Shown here: one piece after another, positions 51,654-62,705 of the stretch | How the letters are laid out: the number at the start of each line of letters is the position of its first letter | Position numbering within the stretch: position 1 is the first letter of the stretch | Assembly (NCBI GenBank): GCA_049971805.1 | Contig: JBMFKU010000002.1 | Coordinates: 32,001-96,000 of the forward strand | Origin: Caldisphaera sp. | GTDB taxonomy: Archaea; Thermoproteota; Thermoprotei_A; Sulfolobales; Acidilobaceae | Direction of reading: 5' to 3' | Length of the DNA stretch: 64,000 nt | Translations under genes and position numbers: made by a program | The notes under the pieces: model-generated | Told to the model about the DNA's origin: nothing | The model's database searches: none | What the model saw: only the letters and a program-made list of their open reading frames with translations

Positions 51654-52793
51654 TTAATTTAAAATTCTTGAAAATCTTGAAATTAATCTAGCTTTTTCTT
51701 TAGTTATATACATCATATCTTCTATTCTAACTCCATAAAGTCCTGGGTAATAAATTCCTGGCTCTACTGTAACTATCATTCCAGGTTCAAGTAGATCCTT
51801 TGAGTTAGGTCTTAAATATGGAAATTCATGTATTTCAACTCCTACTCCATGGCCTAATCCATGGTTAAAATACCTAGTAATTCCTTGTTTGTCAAAGATT
51901 TTTCTAGCAGCACTATCAGGTTCCCAAGCTTCTATTCCAGGTTTCATTACATCCATTGCTTCAGATTGGGCTTCTCCAACAGTTTCTATTAATTTTTTAT
52001 ACTCTTTTCCTCCATCGCCATACCATAGTGACCTTGTCATATCGCTTAAATAACCATTCATATTAGCCCCAAAGTCTATTAAAACAGGACCTGGTCTTTC
52101 TAACGTTACTTTTCCAGGATTATAATGAGGTAAGGCTGTGTTTTCATAGAATCCGACAATTGTTGGAAAAGCTTCTCCCCATGCACCTTGTTCCATCAAT
52201 GAGCTATAGAATGTTGCTTCAACTTGGCTTTCTGTAGGATGGTTTTCTAAGGAATCTAATGCCTTTCTTAAAGCCTTTTCGCTTGCATTAATTGATTCTA
52301 TTATATTTTCAACTTCCCAATCATCCTTTGTTGACCTGATTTTAATGATATCATTGCTAATGTCTATAACTTTTAATTCTTCAGTTAAATATTTTCCAAT
52401 ATTATAATTGCTCCAAATTAAATCAGCCCCTATTTTATTTCCACATTGGCTTGATATAGATTTAATTGCTTCTAATAGACCTCCTTCAATAAGATCACTC
52501 TTGGATATAGGTGGTTCTGTTCCTTTTTCTCCTGGCCTATAAAATGCCTTTAACAATATATCCTTTGGAGCTCTACTTAGCATCCTAAAGTAATCTAATG
52601 TAGATGTTAGTAAATAATCAGGGCATTTATTAGATAGAATTAAGATTTCTGTGGGGTCTCTCATTCCAGTTGAGTATATTATATTTGCTTGTCCAGTTAA
52701 TATTATTGAATCAAGACCTTTATTTTCTAAAATAGACTTAATTTTGCTTTTGCTTTTGTTCCAATTTTCATTCAAAATTAACACCTTATACAA
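51654..52793 (-). CDS. Xaa-Pro aminopeptidase/prolidase (M24)
   Basis: [34 protein letters not shown]. Confidence 0.92.
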   Translation of the reverse strand: MYKVLILNENWNKSKSKIKSILENKGLDSIILTGQANIIYSTGMRDPTEILILSNKCPDYLLTSTLDYFRMLSRAPKDILLKAFYRPGEKGTEPPISKSDLIEGGLLEAIKSISSQCGNKIGADLIWSNYNIGKYLTEELKVIDISNDIIKIRSTKDDWEVENIIESINASEKALRKALDSLENHPTESQVEATFYSSLMEQGAWGEAFPTIVGFYENTALPHYNPGKVTLERPGPVLIDFGANMNGYLSDMTRSLWYGDGGKEYKKLIETVGEAQSEAMDVMKPGIEAWEPDSAARKIFDKQGITRYFNHGLGHGVGVEIHEFPYLRPNSKDLLEPGMIVTVEPGIYYPGLYGVRIEDMMYITKEKARLISRFSRILN

Positions 52794-52983
52794 TTCTTAT
52801 GCGGTTAACTTTTTTATTTTGCCAGCTATACTTTCTTATTTTTTTGCTTTTTCCATATCCGCAGGCTGCACAATATCCCTTTGCTACATTAAAAGCTCTT
52901 CTTCCACATCTCCTACAAATTATATGAGTTTTGCCTTTGCTATGTAGCCCTCTAGACGGAGTACCTTTCGTCAATCTATTCAC
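52786..52983 (-). CDS. rpl37e: 50S ribosomal protein L37e
   Basis: [22 protein letters not shown]. Confidence 0.96.
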   Translation of the reverse strand: MNRLTKGTPSRGLHSKGKTHIICRRCGRRAFNVAKGYCAACGYGKSKKIRKYSWQNKKVNRIRIV

Positions 52984-53219
52984 CCAGCAGGACTTACAGC
53001 TATAACATTATCTCCTCTTAATAATACTAATCCGAGAGGTCTAGATGTTTTGCCTTCGAGCTCTTCAGCTTTTTCTAAAACCAAATTGAGGTGTTGATCA
53101 TAGCTAGTAAGTATACCCTTAATTTCTCTATTCCCTTTCATTTTTACTAATACACTTGAATTTACGTAATCAGCTATTACCTTAAACGTGTTTGATTGTA
53201 AATGTGAATTTTCAGCCAT
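52980..53219 (-). CDS. Sm-like archaeal protein (SmAP1/Lsm)
   Basis: [21 protein letters not shown]; adjacent to rpl37e. Confidence 0.93.
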   Translation of the reverse strand: MAENSHLQSNTFKVIADYVNSSVLVKMKGNREIKGILTSYDQHLNLVLEKAEELEGKTSRPLGLVLLRGDNVIAVSPAG

Positions 53220-53328
53220 TACATTTCTCCTCTGTATCACTGAGTTATAAAGACTAACTAGGTTATTTAAAGTCTTTCTGTATTTTCACTAATGAAATTT
53301 AAACTTCTTTCGTAATAAATAAATAATG

Positions 53329-53392
53329 GCCCCAATGATAGGCATTCAAATTCAGAGTAAAACTATGATGAGCAACGGGTCTAACGAGGGGC
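53329..53392 (+). ncRNA. Box C/D methylation guide sRNA
   Basis: Terminal stem GCCCC/GGGGC; C AATGATA 53334, D' CAGA 53353, C' ATGATGA 53365, D ACGA 53384; 12-nt guides; D guide complementary to tRNA anticodon stem. Confidence 0.82.
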
Positions 53393-53457
53393 GCAGGACT
53401 TATTTGGATATTGGATTAAAATATTTTAATTCTTGGCTAAAAATTTAAAATAAGGAG

Positions 53458-53976
53458 ATGTATATGTCTGATAAGATAAAAATAAGTAAACGTTATCTAC
53501 TTTCTAAGAAGTCTGCAAAGGAGTTAAAAGAGAGAGTAGAAAAATTATATTCTAAATTAAACATAGAATGGGAAAACGTTGAAAGAGTAGAATATGAAAA
53601 TATAATTATATATGTAATTAATGGTATTGCCACTTTGACAGAAATAGACAATTTAATTTTTCCTACATTAATATATATGCTAAAAAAAGATAGTTCTTGG
53701 GCCCAGGGAGTAATAATAGATAGAGGAGCAACAAATGCAGTTTCTAGAGGAGCTGATCTGATGTTGCCAGGAATTAAAGGAATTAGAGGGAAATTTAAAG
53801 AAGGTGATATAGTTTTTGCTTTTGATATTGAGAAATCGATACCAGTGATGGTAGGTAAGGCTTTATTGAGTAGCGATAAAATAAATGAATCAATAAACCA
53901 AAAAGCCAAAGGTAGGGCTATACAAAATTTGCATTATGCAGGCGATTTAATTTGGAAGATTTCGATATCTATTTAA
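53458..53976 (+). CDS. PUA-domain RNA-binding protein (DUF1947-PUA, MCT-1-like)
   Basis: LSKK..KEL, IFPTL, DRGA..GADLMLPGI, NLHYAGD. Confidence 0.88.
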   Translation: MYMSDKIKISKRYLLSKKSAKELKERVEKLYSKLNIEWENVERVEYENIIIYVINGIATLTEIDNLIFPTLIYMLKKDSSWAQGVIIDRGATNAVSRGADLMLPGIKGIRGKFKEGDIVFAFDIEKSIPVMVGKALLSSDKINESINQKAKGRAIQNLHYAGDLIWKISISI

Positions 53977-54349
53977 TTTATAAAGCTTTTATTAAAAAGA
54001 TGCTTAAATAACTCCATCAAATAAAATGTAAGATTTTATTGTTTGATAATTTAGCATTGCTTTTTGCTAAATTTATAGGTTTTTAATTTGATATTGTGTT
54101 GAATAGTACCTCAATGAACCCTAAGGCAATGGTGGGGAAGCGCTTAATGAAAATCCTACATCTTCATAGGATCCCCTCATGTAGACTGCAATAAGGAAAG
54201 AAATAAGGGATACGATGTGAGTTTATATCTAATATTATGTGTGTCTTGAAAGCCTAAGGTTACTATCAAATAATCTTATGAGGATAAACCTTATTGTTTT
54301 ATGATAAAGAAACAACAAACTTTATCGTTTAGAACAAAGATCAGAAGAG

Positions 54350-54685
54350 TTATGATTTTCTAAGGCACAAATAATATTTTTCATTATAATTTAGTCCTAT
54401 AGGCGGATCAAATTGAAATAAAATTCCCCAAAGGGATAGAATTGTAATCTTAGCTTGATCTTCAGGTTTAACCAAATATCCATGAGCACAAAAATCATAT
54501 GACTCAATATTTTCAGGCTTCTTATTATCTATATATAGTTCTATTTTATCTCCTTCATTAACATTAAACAAATTTTCTATTAAATCAAATGTTATATGGA
54601 TCTTATCATTATTTGCTTCGACTACTTTAGCTCCCTGTAACTTTGATGGACTTATTTTCTTGATCTCAACTCTTGAATTGAACAT
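54350..54685 (-). CDS. rpo8: RNA polymerase subunit Rpo8 (RpoG)
   Basis: ITFDLIENL, DFCAHGYLV, ILSLWGIL match the crenarchaeal Rpo8 pattern. Confidence 0.8.
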   Translation of the reverse strand: MFNSRVEIKKISPSKLQGAKVVEANNDKIHITFDLIENLFNVNEGDKIELYIDNKKPENIESYDFCAHGYLVKPEDQAKITILSLWGILFQFDPPIGLNYNEKYYLCLRKS

Positions 54686-54747
54686 GCCTTACTCCCTAGT
54701 ATCTATGTTTTCTAAGGATTTATAAACTGATAAAATTTATTTTTGAA

Positions 54748-55092
54748 TTAAATATCTATTTCAATAAATCCATCATTATTTAGTCTAACTTTATATGTTT
54801 TTAAATTGACTGACTTATCCCTTTTAAATTCGCATGGAACTTCAGGTTTTATTTGAGGCGGGACAATCATCTTTCCGCTTATAACATCAAATTTTGCTCC
54901 ATGAAGAGGACAAGCAGCTATGTTATCTGAAACATCACTTAGTAAACCACAGCCCATATGAGAGCAAACGGCATCCATACCATAAAACTGGTCTTTATAC
55001 TTAACTATTAATATTGGCTTATCATCAACCATAACTATCGCAGAATTTCTTTTATCAAATATTTTTCCTATAACAGACAATCTTCTAAACAT
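54748..55092 (-). CDS. Rieske-type ferredoxin
   Basis: CSHMGC and CPLHGAKFD. Confidence 0.9.
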   Translation of the reverse strand: MFRRLSVIGKIFDKRNSAIVMVDDKPILIVKYKDQFYGMDAVCSHMGCGLLSDVSDNIAACPLHGAKFDVISGKMIVPPQIKPEVPCEFKRDKSVNLKTYKVRLNNDGFIEIDI

Positions 55093-55329
55093 TTATTTCG
55101 CCTCTTAGTTAATATATCTGTAACTAATATAAATATTTTAGTAATAAAAGTTTATTTCGCCTCTGTAATATAGCATATTAATTTAATTAAGGAATTTACC
55201 TTGAGCAATAGTAATGTGAAGAGAATAATTATTTTTGTTTTAAAATAGTTTTATATATAAAATAGTAAAATACTTAGGATCTTATAATTTATAAAATTTT
55301 AATATTGAGAGCAGTTAATAGCAATAAAG

Positions 55330-55623
55330 GTGAGGAAAACGGAATCAAATAAAAAATGCAGAAATTGCGCAATGTGGAGACCTCACGTAGTTTATCCATT
55401 TATAGGTTTATGTGTAAAACATGGCAAATTAACTGGTGATGACGATTCTTGCGATTATTTTATGGAAATTCAAGTAAATTCTCAGGATTTTTATTGGGTA
55501 CCAGAAATTAGAAGCAGAGTTTTTGGAGAGGAAGCAAAACTTCTTAAAAGAGAAGGGTTTAAAATTTATTTGGGAGCTTATGTAGATCCAGATGTAAGAG
55601 AAGAAATATATGGAGGTTTTTAA
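55330..55623 (+). CDS. Small Cys-rich hypothetical protein
   Basis: CRNC..GLC..SCDYF. Confidence 0.7.
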   Translation: MRKTESNKKCRNCAMWRPHVVYPFIGLCVKHGKLTGDDDSCDYFMEIQVNSQDFYWVPEIRSRVFGEEAKLLKREGFKIYLGAYVDPDVREEIYGGF

Positions 55624-55962
55624 ATTTTTAGATGCTGTAAATAAAAAGTGTGTAATTTGGAATTTGCACAGAAATTAAAAACTAATAAAAAGATATAGAA
55701 AGAAATTAACAACTCAAGGCTAATTAAAATAGCTTATTGAATTTATCTTTAATTAGAAAAGGTTTTTAATTTTAAAATACTTAAGATAAAAATGTATCAT
55801 AGTTTTAAGACAAAAGTTGTTAACTTTGAGCTATAGAAGATTAAAACATCAAAGTTAGACTTAAGTTAATAAAAATATAAAAATGAAGTTATATAAAAAG
55901 TAAATAACACCATTTATAAATATTATAAATTAGTTGTTAGATAGAAATAAAGTAGACGAGTT

Positions 55963-57459
55963 ATGAAAAATCAGACAATTATTGAAAAAGGATTAGTTAA
56001 GAAAAAATTTAGAAAAGGAATGAAAAAAATAGCATTATTTTACCCATCAAACTACAATATAGCTATGTCTTCTTTAATATATCATAGAATTTATTTCCTT
56101 CTTAATGATATTGATGACATCTATGTAGAAAGGTTTTTTATTGATATTAGAGATGAAAATACAGGTAGATTGAGAAGCTTAGAAAATAGGATGAACTTAG
56201 AAAACTTTGATTATATTATCGTCCCAATTCATTATGAATTAGATTATGTTAATATTATAAAGGCATTAATGAGCAGCAATATAGAAATTTATTCAATAAG
56301 AAGAGAAAAGCCAAAGATAATCCTAGGCGGGCCTACTGTAACAGCAAATCCAGAACCTTTAGGAGATTTGTCAGATATAGAAATTATTGGAGATTTAGAA
56401 GCAGTATGGGATGATCTCATTGATATTATACGAAATGATTCTATCGAGCCAAAGAGAGGGATTTATGTTCCAAAATTAGGTAAGATAGAAACAGAGGAAG
56501 CTATAGCAAAAAGCATATTTAAATCTGATTATAGAAGAATCTTAAGTAAAGAAGCTAAATTTACTTTAGCGGTAGAAGCCATGAGGGGTTGTCCATTTAA
56601 TTGCTTATTTTGTATGGAAAGTTATATAACAAAGCCTGTTAGATATAAAGAATATGATGATATAATTAAAGAAATTAATGAGCTTAATTCTAGGTATGGA
56701 GAAAAGATTACTTTAATGGGCCTAACGCTGAATTCTCACCCAAGGTTTAAAGAAATTCTTAAATATAGTATCGAAAATAAAATAGACATTTCTTTACCTT
56801 CTCTAAGAGCGGAGTTGTTAGATGAGGACTCAATAAAAATGATTTCTAAACTAAGGCAATTAACATTAACCATCGCTCCAGAAAGCTCTGAAAGAATTAG
56901 AAATGCGCTGGGGAAAAATATATCTAATGATGATATTATAAATGTTGCTAGATATGCTAAGAAGTATAATATGAATCTAAAGCTCTATTTAATGGTTTCC
57001 ATTCCAGGGGAAAATAAGGAAGATTTAAAGGAAATGGTAGAATTAACAAAAGAAATTAAAAAGATAGGAGTTAAAAAAATTCATTTGAGTGTTAACCCAT
57101 TAGTAATCAAGCCTAGGACTCCCTTACAATGGTTACCAATGAATAGCGAGAAAAATATGAAAGAAAAAATTAAATATATAAGGGAAAACGCTTTGTATGA
57201 TGATATAACTATATATGATCCTTTTTATGCGTTAATTCAAGGAGGTATATCATTATCTGATAGAAACGTCTTAAAACATTTAATAGATGTATCTATAGGT
57301 CAAGGTAAGCCTTCTTGGAGAAGGGCATTGAATAACGGTTTGGCTGAAAACGCTATTAGAGAAAAACACGAACCATTTCCATGGAGCCATATAAAGGGAT
57401 TTATAGAGGAAGCTATCATGAAGAAAATTCTAGAGGCTTTTTTAAATAGGATAAGCTAA
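55963..57459 (+). CDS. Radical SAM protein with B12-binding-like N-terminal domain
   Basis: GGPTVTANPEP, RGCPFNCLFC, SLPSLR, TIAPES. Confidence 0.9.
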   Translation: MKNQTIIEKGLVKKKFRKGMKKIALFYPSNYNIAMSSLIYHRIYFLLNDIDDIYVERFFIDIRDENTGRLRSLENRMNLENFDYIIVPIHYELDYVNIIKALMSSNIEIYSIRREKPKIILGGPTVTANPEPLGDLSDIEIIGDLEAVWDDLIDIIRNDSIEPKRGIYVPKLGKIETEEAIAKSIFKSDYRRILSKEAKFTLAVEAMRGCPFNCLFCMESYITKPVRYKEYDDIIKEINELNSRYGEKITLMGLTLNSHPRFKEILKYSIENKIDISLPSLRAELLDEDSIKMISKLRQLTLTIAPESSERIRNALGKNISNDDIINVARYAKKYNMNLKLYLMVSIPGENKEDLKEMVELTKEIKKIGVKKIHLSVNPLVIKPRTPLQWLPMNSEKNMKEKIKYIRENALYDDITIYDPFYALIQGGISLSDRNVLKHLIDVSIGQGKPSWRRALNNGLAENAIREKHEPFPWSHIKGFIEEAIMKKILEAFLNRIS

Positions 57460-57580
57460 AAAATTATTGGTAAATTTTATATTACTTTTTTTATAAGAGA
57501 ATCAGGTTAAGAATAATTTTATAATATTATGCTAAAAGATAAATTCTTTTTAAGCTTCATTAACTAAGAGGTGATGCATA

Positions 57581-57937
57581 GTGAATGAAATAAAGATTGT
57601 TCTTCACTTTGATAGTAACGATCAGCAAAAGTTTAAAACATTAATTTCAAGTTTGTATGATATAATAGATTCATTAAAAGACTCAGAAAAAGATATTAAT
57701 GTAGTAGTTAACGATGTTGGAGTTATGCAGTTTTTAAAAGGAAATTTTGATAAATATAATTTAGAAACTTTAAAGGAAGTCATGGGATCAGATGTTAAGA
57801 TATGGATATGTAGCGTCTCCTTAAGAAAGTACGGGCTATCTTTTAATGATTTAGTTGATGGGCTGCTATTAGCAAGTTCTGGTATGCTTAAATTAATGGA
57901 GTTTATAAAAAACGGATATGTTTATTTAAAAATTTAA
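57581..57937 (+). CDS. DsrE-family protein
   Basis: IVLHFD, IWICSVSL, GYVYLKI. Confidence 0.75.
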   Translation: MNEIKIVLHFDSNDQQKFKTLISSLYDIIDSLKDSEKDINVVVNDVGVMQFLKGNFDKYNLETLKEVMGSDVKIWICSVSLRKYGLSFNDLVDGLLLASSGMLKLMEFIKNGYVYLKI

Positions 57938-58118
57938 TATATTTGCCTAAATATGATTTATTTAGAAATCATAATAAATAATACCGAAGCTAGTAAGAGA
58001 TGGTACAAAAGTAGATACTATCTTATTTCCATCAACAGATAATTATCCCACGTAAAATACACAAATATGACCTGTTCAATACTGGGCTACAAACCTTTTT
58101 ATAGGTTGAAAAATACTA

Positions 58119-59408
58119 TTGTATCCTGAGGCGAATATATTGCCAGCTGGTAAAGATCCGTATGAGGAAGCAAAAAAGCAGTTAAGGCTCGCGGTTGATA
58201 TTCTAGGCTTAAGTGAAGAAGAATATGAGATGCTTTCAACACCCGAAAGAATAGTTCAGGTAAAAATACCAGTTAAGATGGATAATGGTAAGCTCAGAAT
58301 TTTTACCGGATGGAGGGTTCAACACAACAGCGCATTAGGGCCTTATAAGGGAGGGGTAAGATATCATCCAGAAACAAATTTAAGTGAAGTTATGGCACTT
58401 GCGATGTGGATGACATGGAAGAATTCATTAGCTGATATCCCATATGGAGGAGCAAAGGGGGGAATACAGGTAGATCCATTCCAATTAAGTGCAAGAGAGC
58501 TTGAAACATTATCAAGAAAATATTTTGCAGGAATCAGCAAGTTTGTAGGTGTTGATAGAGATGTTCCTGCACCTGATGTGAATACTAATCCACAAACTAT
58601 GGCATGGTTCTTGGACGAGTATTCAGGAAGATACGATTCCCAATTGTTTGGAGTAGTGACTGGTAAACCTTTAGAATTAGGCGGACTAAGGACCAGAATT
58701 TTCTCCACAGGTTTAGGTGTAGCCAGTGTAGCAAGGGAGGCGGCAAAGAAATTATTTGGTGATATAGAAGGAAAAACTGTTGCTATACAAGGATTTGGTA
58801 ATGTTGGTCTATATACATCAAAATTCCTTCATGAAATGGGCGCTAATATCATAGCAATAGCTGATGTTAAAGGTGGTATTTACAGTAGCAAAGGATTTAA
58901 TCCTGATGAAATAAAAGGAACACTAGATAAAAAACACAGCATGTTTGTCGTTGATTATCCAAATTATGAAAAGAAAATATCAAACCAAGAATTATTGGAA
59001 TTAGATGTTGATATTTTAGTTCCTGCAGCAATAGAAAACGTTATAACAGAAGAGAACGCACCACGCATTAAAGCTAGGTTGATAGTTGAAGGAGCTAATG
59101 GCCCAACATCACCTGAAGCTGAAGAAATACTAACAAAGAGAGGGATAGTGATAGTACCAGATACGCTAGCAAACAGCGGTGGGGTAATAATGAGTCATAT
59201 AGAGTGGGTTAACAACAGAATGGGTGGTTGGATAACTGAAGAAGAAGCAAAGAACAGATTAATAGAAAAAATGACTAACAATTTAAATATGATATGGAAC
59301 TTCTGGGAAAATAAATTAGATCATGATAGGCACAATTTGAGAATGGCAGCTTATGGCATAGCCGTTGATAAAGTTGTAAGAGCTATGAAACTAAGAGGAT
59401 GGATTTAA
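58119..59408 (+). CDS. gdhA: Glutamate dehydrogenase
   Basis: GPYKGGVRYHP, GGAKGG, PAPDV, QGFGNVG, EGANGP. Confidence 0.95.
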   Translation: MYPEANILPAGKDPYEEAKKQLRLAVDILGLSEEEYEMLSTPERIVQVKIPVKMDNGKLRIFTGWRVQHNSALGPYKGGVRYHPETNLSEVMALAMWMTWKNSLADIPYGGAKGGIQVDPFQLSARELETLSRKYFAGISKFVGVDRDVPAPDVNTNPQTMAWFLDEYSGRYDSQLFGVVTGKPLELGGLRTRIFSTGLGVASVAREAAKKLFGDIEGKTVAIQGFGNVGLYTSKFLHEMGANIIAIADVKGGIYSSKGFNPDEIKGTLDKKHSMFVVDYPNYEKKISNQELLELDVDILVPAAIENVITEENAPRIKARLIVEGANGPTSPEAEEILTKRGIVIVPDTLANSGGVIMSHIEWVNNRMGGWITEEEAKNRLIEKMTNNLNMIWNFWENKLDHDRHNLRMAAYGIAVDKVVRAMKLRGWI

Positions 59409-60428
59409 ATAGGTTATTATATTTTTTAATATATTGATTGAATCCTCTTTGTTTTTTAAAGAGGCTTTAAAAATATTATTTATGTCTATACCTAAATTAT
59501 CTATAAGGTGCTTTATTTCTTCTTCGACTTTATCAATAATTTCTGAGTTTAACGAATCTATTTTGTTGATTACAATATAAATTTGTTTATTAGCAATTAA
59601 ATCTTTAATTTCTTTTATTATATCTACTTGATTTTTTATATCCATATATGCACCTTCTGCTGGATCTAATATAAATAAAACAATCCCATCTAGGAACTTT
59701 AATGCTGATATCGCTTGTCTTTCCACTTTATTCATTTGATCTAATGGTCTATCAAGCAATCCTGGGGTATCGATAATTTGAATTAGCTCGTTACCAGTTT
59801 TATAATGACCTATAATTATCTTCTTTGTAGTAAATGGGTAAGAAGCTATTTCAGGCTTAGCAGAGCTAACGTTTGAAACAAATGTCGATTTGCCAGCATT
59901 TGGTGGGCCAGAAACTATTATAGTCTTTCTATTGACCATTATACCAGGTAGATCATTCAAAAAAATAATTAAATTTTTTAGGTACTCTAATGATTTTGAG
60001 CATCTTTTTATATAAGATAGCATCCTACCCCTAGCTTCCCTTGCAACAATTTTAATTTCTTTTGGATTATCAGCTGCTAACACATTGTTTCTATAATTTA
60101 TCCAAATTTCCTTGGCATTTTTTCTGGCCTTTTTGATACAATTAATAGATTTAACTATTTCTTTTTTATCAAAATTTATTTCTATGAGACCCCAATAGAA
60201 AGGGTGTATTTTTTCTAGTATTTTTCCTAATTTTATAGCTTGAATAGTTTTTGAATTAATTATGTTATAGGTTAATTCAATTGACTTTATTTCTTTCTCA
60301 TAAAGCTTTCCTTTCTTCTTCGGATATCTAGATTTAATTTTCTCTATAATTTCATCATATAATGATATATGAATTTCTTTTATAGATTTCGAAGGATCTG
60401 TGTCGAAACTTTCCATATCAATCCTCAT
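59391..60428 (-). CDS. NOG1-family GTP-binding protein
   Basis: HPFY, GPPNAGKS, YPFTT, DTPGLLDRP, NKID. Confidence 0.9.
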   Translation of the reverse strand: MRIDMESFDTDPSKSIKEIHISLYDEIIEKIKSRYPKKKGKLYEKEIKSIELTYNIINSKTIQAIKLGKILEKIHPFYWGLIEINFDKKEIVKSINCIKKARKNAKEIWINYRNNVLAADNPKEIKIVAREARGRMLSYIKRCSKSLEYLKNLIIFLNDLPGIMVNRKTIIVSGPPNAGKSTFVSNVSSAKPEIASYPFTTKKIIIGHYKTGNELIQIIDTPGLLDRPLDQMNKVERQAISALKFLDGIVLFILDPAEGAYMDIKNQVDIIKEIKDLIANKQIYIVINKIDSLNSEIIDKVEEEIKHLIDNLGIDINNIFKASLKNKEDSINILKNIITYLNPSS

Positions 60429-60470
60429 ATATTAGTTATGATGAAACCTTATTAGTTTTTTTAACATCTT

Positions 60471-61061
60471 TTAAGGTTTGCTTTTTAAATTATTTTCTAT
60501 AACATGAGCTAATTCAGCAATATAGTTATCAAGAGTTTTTCTTTGTTTATATAAAATATTTTTTAATGTATATTTAGAAATTCCGAGTTCTTTAGATACC
60601 AAATTTATTGAATGCATCTTTGAATAGTTATAAGATCTGTATAGCGCATATAATGCTATAGCATGTTTATTCCTTTTTGTTCTAGATTTTAATGTAGGAT
60701 AATTCTGTAATATCTGATAAGAAATTTTAAAATCTTTATTGTTTTCAATCTTGTTAAGCTTTTGGTCTATGATAGAGCTTATGCTTATTTTCCCATGATT
60801 TAATTTTAAAATCTTACCTCTTTTGATTATTTTTGGTGAAATATTCTCAATATTTCTTTCAATATTTCTTTGTGGCTTTATATTTTCACTTCTTGTTAGA
60901 GGATTATATTTTTTAGTTCTATTATCTTCTTTTTTTATGTACATAGAATCATCATAAATACTTTCTAGTACTGCCCCACAGTCTTTACAGACTAAATGAC
61001 CCAATTCGTGATCCCAAATTATATTTGTCGAGCCACAATACTTACACCTTATATAGTTCAT
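60471..61061 (-). CDS. TFIIB-type zinc-ribbon protein (short, TFB-like)
   Basis: CKYCGS..IIWD..GHLVCKDCGAVL; short helical C-terminus. Confidence 0.75.
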   Translation of the reverse strand: MNYIRCKYCGSTNIIWDHELGHLVCKDCGAVLESIYDDSMYIKKEDNRTKKYNPLTRSENIKPQRNIERNIENISPKIIKRGKILKLNHGKISISSIIDQKLNKIENNKDFKISYQILQNYPTLKSRTKRNKHAIALYALYRSYNYSKMHSINLVSKELGISKYTLKNILYKQRKTLDNYIAELAHVIENNLKSKP

Positions 61062-61306
61062 CAGTAAACACCAAGTTTTAAAGGCTTAGATATTTAATTA
61101 GTAGAGCGTTATCATAGATATCTTATCAGGGACTCTTCTTTTAACATTTATATATCTAATTAAAATTAATTCTTATATGGATCCTTTTTATTTTCTTATT
61201 AAAAGAATTGAAAGGAAAAATTTAATGTTATCCTTAAAAATAATGTAATACTATCTAGTACTGCTTTACTTTTTTATGTAACAAATAAGTCAAATAGGGA
61301 TATGTA

Positions 61307-62251
61307 TTGTCAAAGATAAGTATACCAAAAATTAAAATATCAAACATAACTATTGAAGAAGCATCTAGATTGTTTCTTCAAGAATTGGAAGCTTCTGGAG
61401 CATCTCAACATACAATTAAATCGTACAGAGCAGCTATTAAGCAGTTTATAAATTTTATTGGAAATAATAAAAAAATTGATCAAATAAACGATGAGAATTA
61501 TTTACAATGGATTAGTTTTGTAAGAAAGCATGGGTTTGCAAACTCGAAAAATGGCAAAAATTTTGAAGTCACTATACACTATTATTCTATATTTGTCAGA
61601 AGATTTTTGGTTTGGCTAGGTTTAAATGAAAACATACCAGTAATGAATGCAAGGAAGCAGTCCTTTAGCTATGCATTAACATGGGAAGAAGTTGGTAGGC
61701 TTGTTAATTCAATAAGGGATTTAGATGATTTATTAATAATTTCAATAATGACAGAGACAGGGATTAGAGTTAGAGAACTCTTAAATTTAAGATGGGATGA
61801 TATAGATTTTCAATCAGGCCAAATTAGGATTTTGGGAAAGTACAATAAAGAAAGGATCGTATTTATGGGGCCTATTAGTAAGCAGGCTTTGCAAACAGCA
61901 TATTCTATATATGGTAATAAAAGGCAAAACATAATAGGTATGACATACCAAGCTGTATATAAAAGGCTAAAAAGCTTGGCTATTAGAGCCAATTTAGATC
62001 CAAGAAAAATAAGACCTCACGTACTGAGACATACCTTTGCTACAGAAGCTTTGAGAAGAGGGATGAGCTTACCTGTTTTACAAAGATTGTTAGGGCATAG
62101 TGATATAAAGGTAACTCAGTTGTATTTGCATTTAGTAAATGATGATATGAGAAGAGAATATAGTAGATTATTTGATCAAAATAATTATGAGTATTTAGAT
62201 CAGAACAAACAGATGCATTATAGTTATAATAGAGGAATGGCTAGGATTTAA
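61307..62251 (+). CDS. xerA: XerA-type tyrosine recombinase
   Basis: TGIRVRE, GKYNKER, PHVLRHTFAT, LGHSDIKVTQLY. Confidence 0.85.
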   Translation: MSKISIPKIKISNITIEEASRLFLQELEASGASQHTIKSYRAAIKQFINFIGNNKKIDQINDENYLQWISFVRKHGFANSKNGKNFEVTIHYYSIFVRRFLVWLGLNENIPVMNARKQSFSYALTWEEVGRLVNSIRDLDDLLIISIMTETGIRVRELLNLRWDDIDFQSGQIRILGKYNKERIVFMGPISKQALQTAYSIYGNKRQNIIGMTYQAVYKRLKSLAIRANLDPRKIRPHVLRHTFATEALRRGMSLPVLQRLLGHSDIKVTQLYLHLVNDDMRREYSRLFDQNNYEYLDQNKQMHYSYNRGMARI

Positions 62252-62705
62252 GGTTCAATATATGGTCTATTCTTTCTTTTAGTTTCTTTAAACTTTCCTT
62301 ATATATAGATAGCATGTCTTTGTTTTCCTTGATTAAGTTTTCCAATATATCTAAATAGCTATTGATATTTTCTATCATAAAAGATGGATCCGGGGAAACA
62401 TAAAAAGCCATCCAGGTTGCCTTAACAAATTCCTTGCCTTCATCCGTAAGCTTATATTTACCATCATCTCCTTTAACAATTAATCCTTCATCCGTAAGCT
62501 CGTATAATATTGGATACAAACTGCCTGGAGATGGTCTCCAATTGCCCATAGTAGATATTTGTATTTCATTCATTAGTTCAACTCCATTCATTGGTTTTTT
62601 AGATAACAAAAATAGTATCATTGGTCTTAGCCAACCTCTGTGTCTCCATGCTCTGGCCCAACCTGGTGTTCTTCTTCTGTAAAAGTCCCAGCCTGACCAC
62701 GACAT
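62241..62705 (-). CDS. PadR-family transcriptional regulator
   Basis: RGWLRPMIL, WRPSPGSLYP, YKLTDEG; AGGAGG SD before ATG 62705. Confidence 0.88.
   Translation of the reverse strand: MSWSGWDFYRRRTPGWARAWRHRGWLRPMILFLLSKKPMNGVELMNEIQISTMGNWRPSPGSLYPILYELTDEGLIVKGDDGKYKLTDEGKEFVKATWMAFYVSPDPSFMIENINSYLDILENLIKENKDMLSIYKESLKKLKERIDHILNLKS

Noticed and set aside
55624-55962. Very AT-rich gap as a replication origin
   Set aside because: No ORB-like repeats and no cdc6/whiP gene nearby.
61307-62251. Tyrosine recombinase as a proviral integrase
   Set aside because: Intact XerA-like gene among housekeeping genes, with no adjacent tRNA/att site or viral genes.
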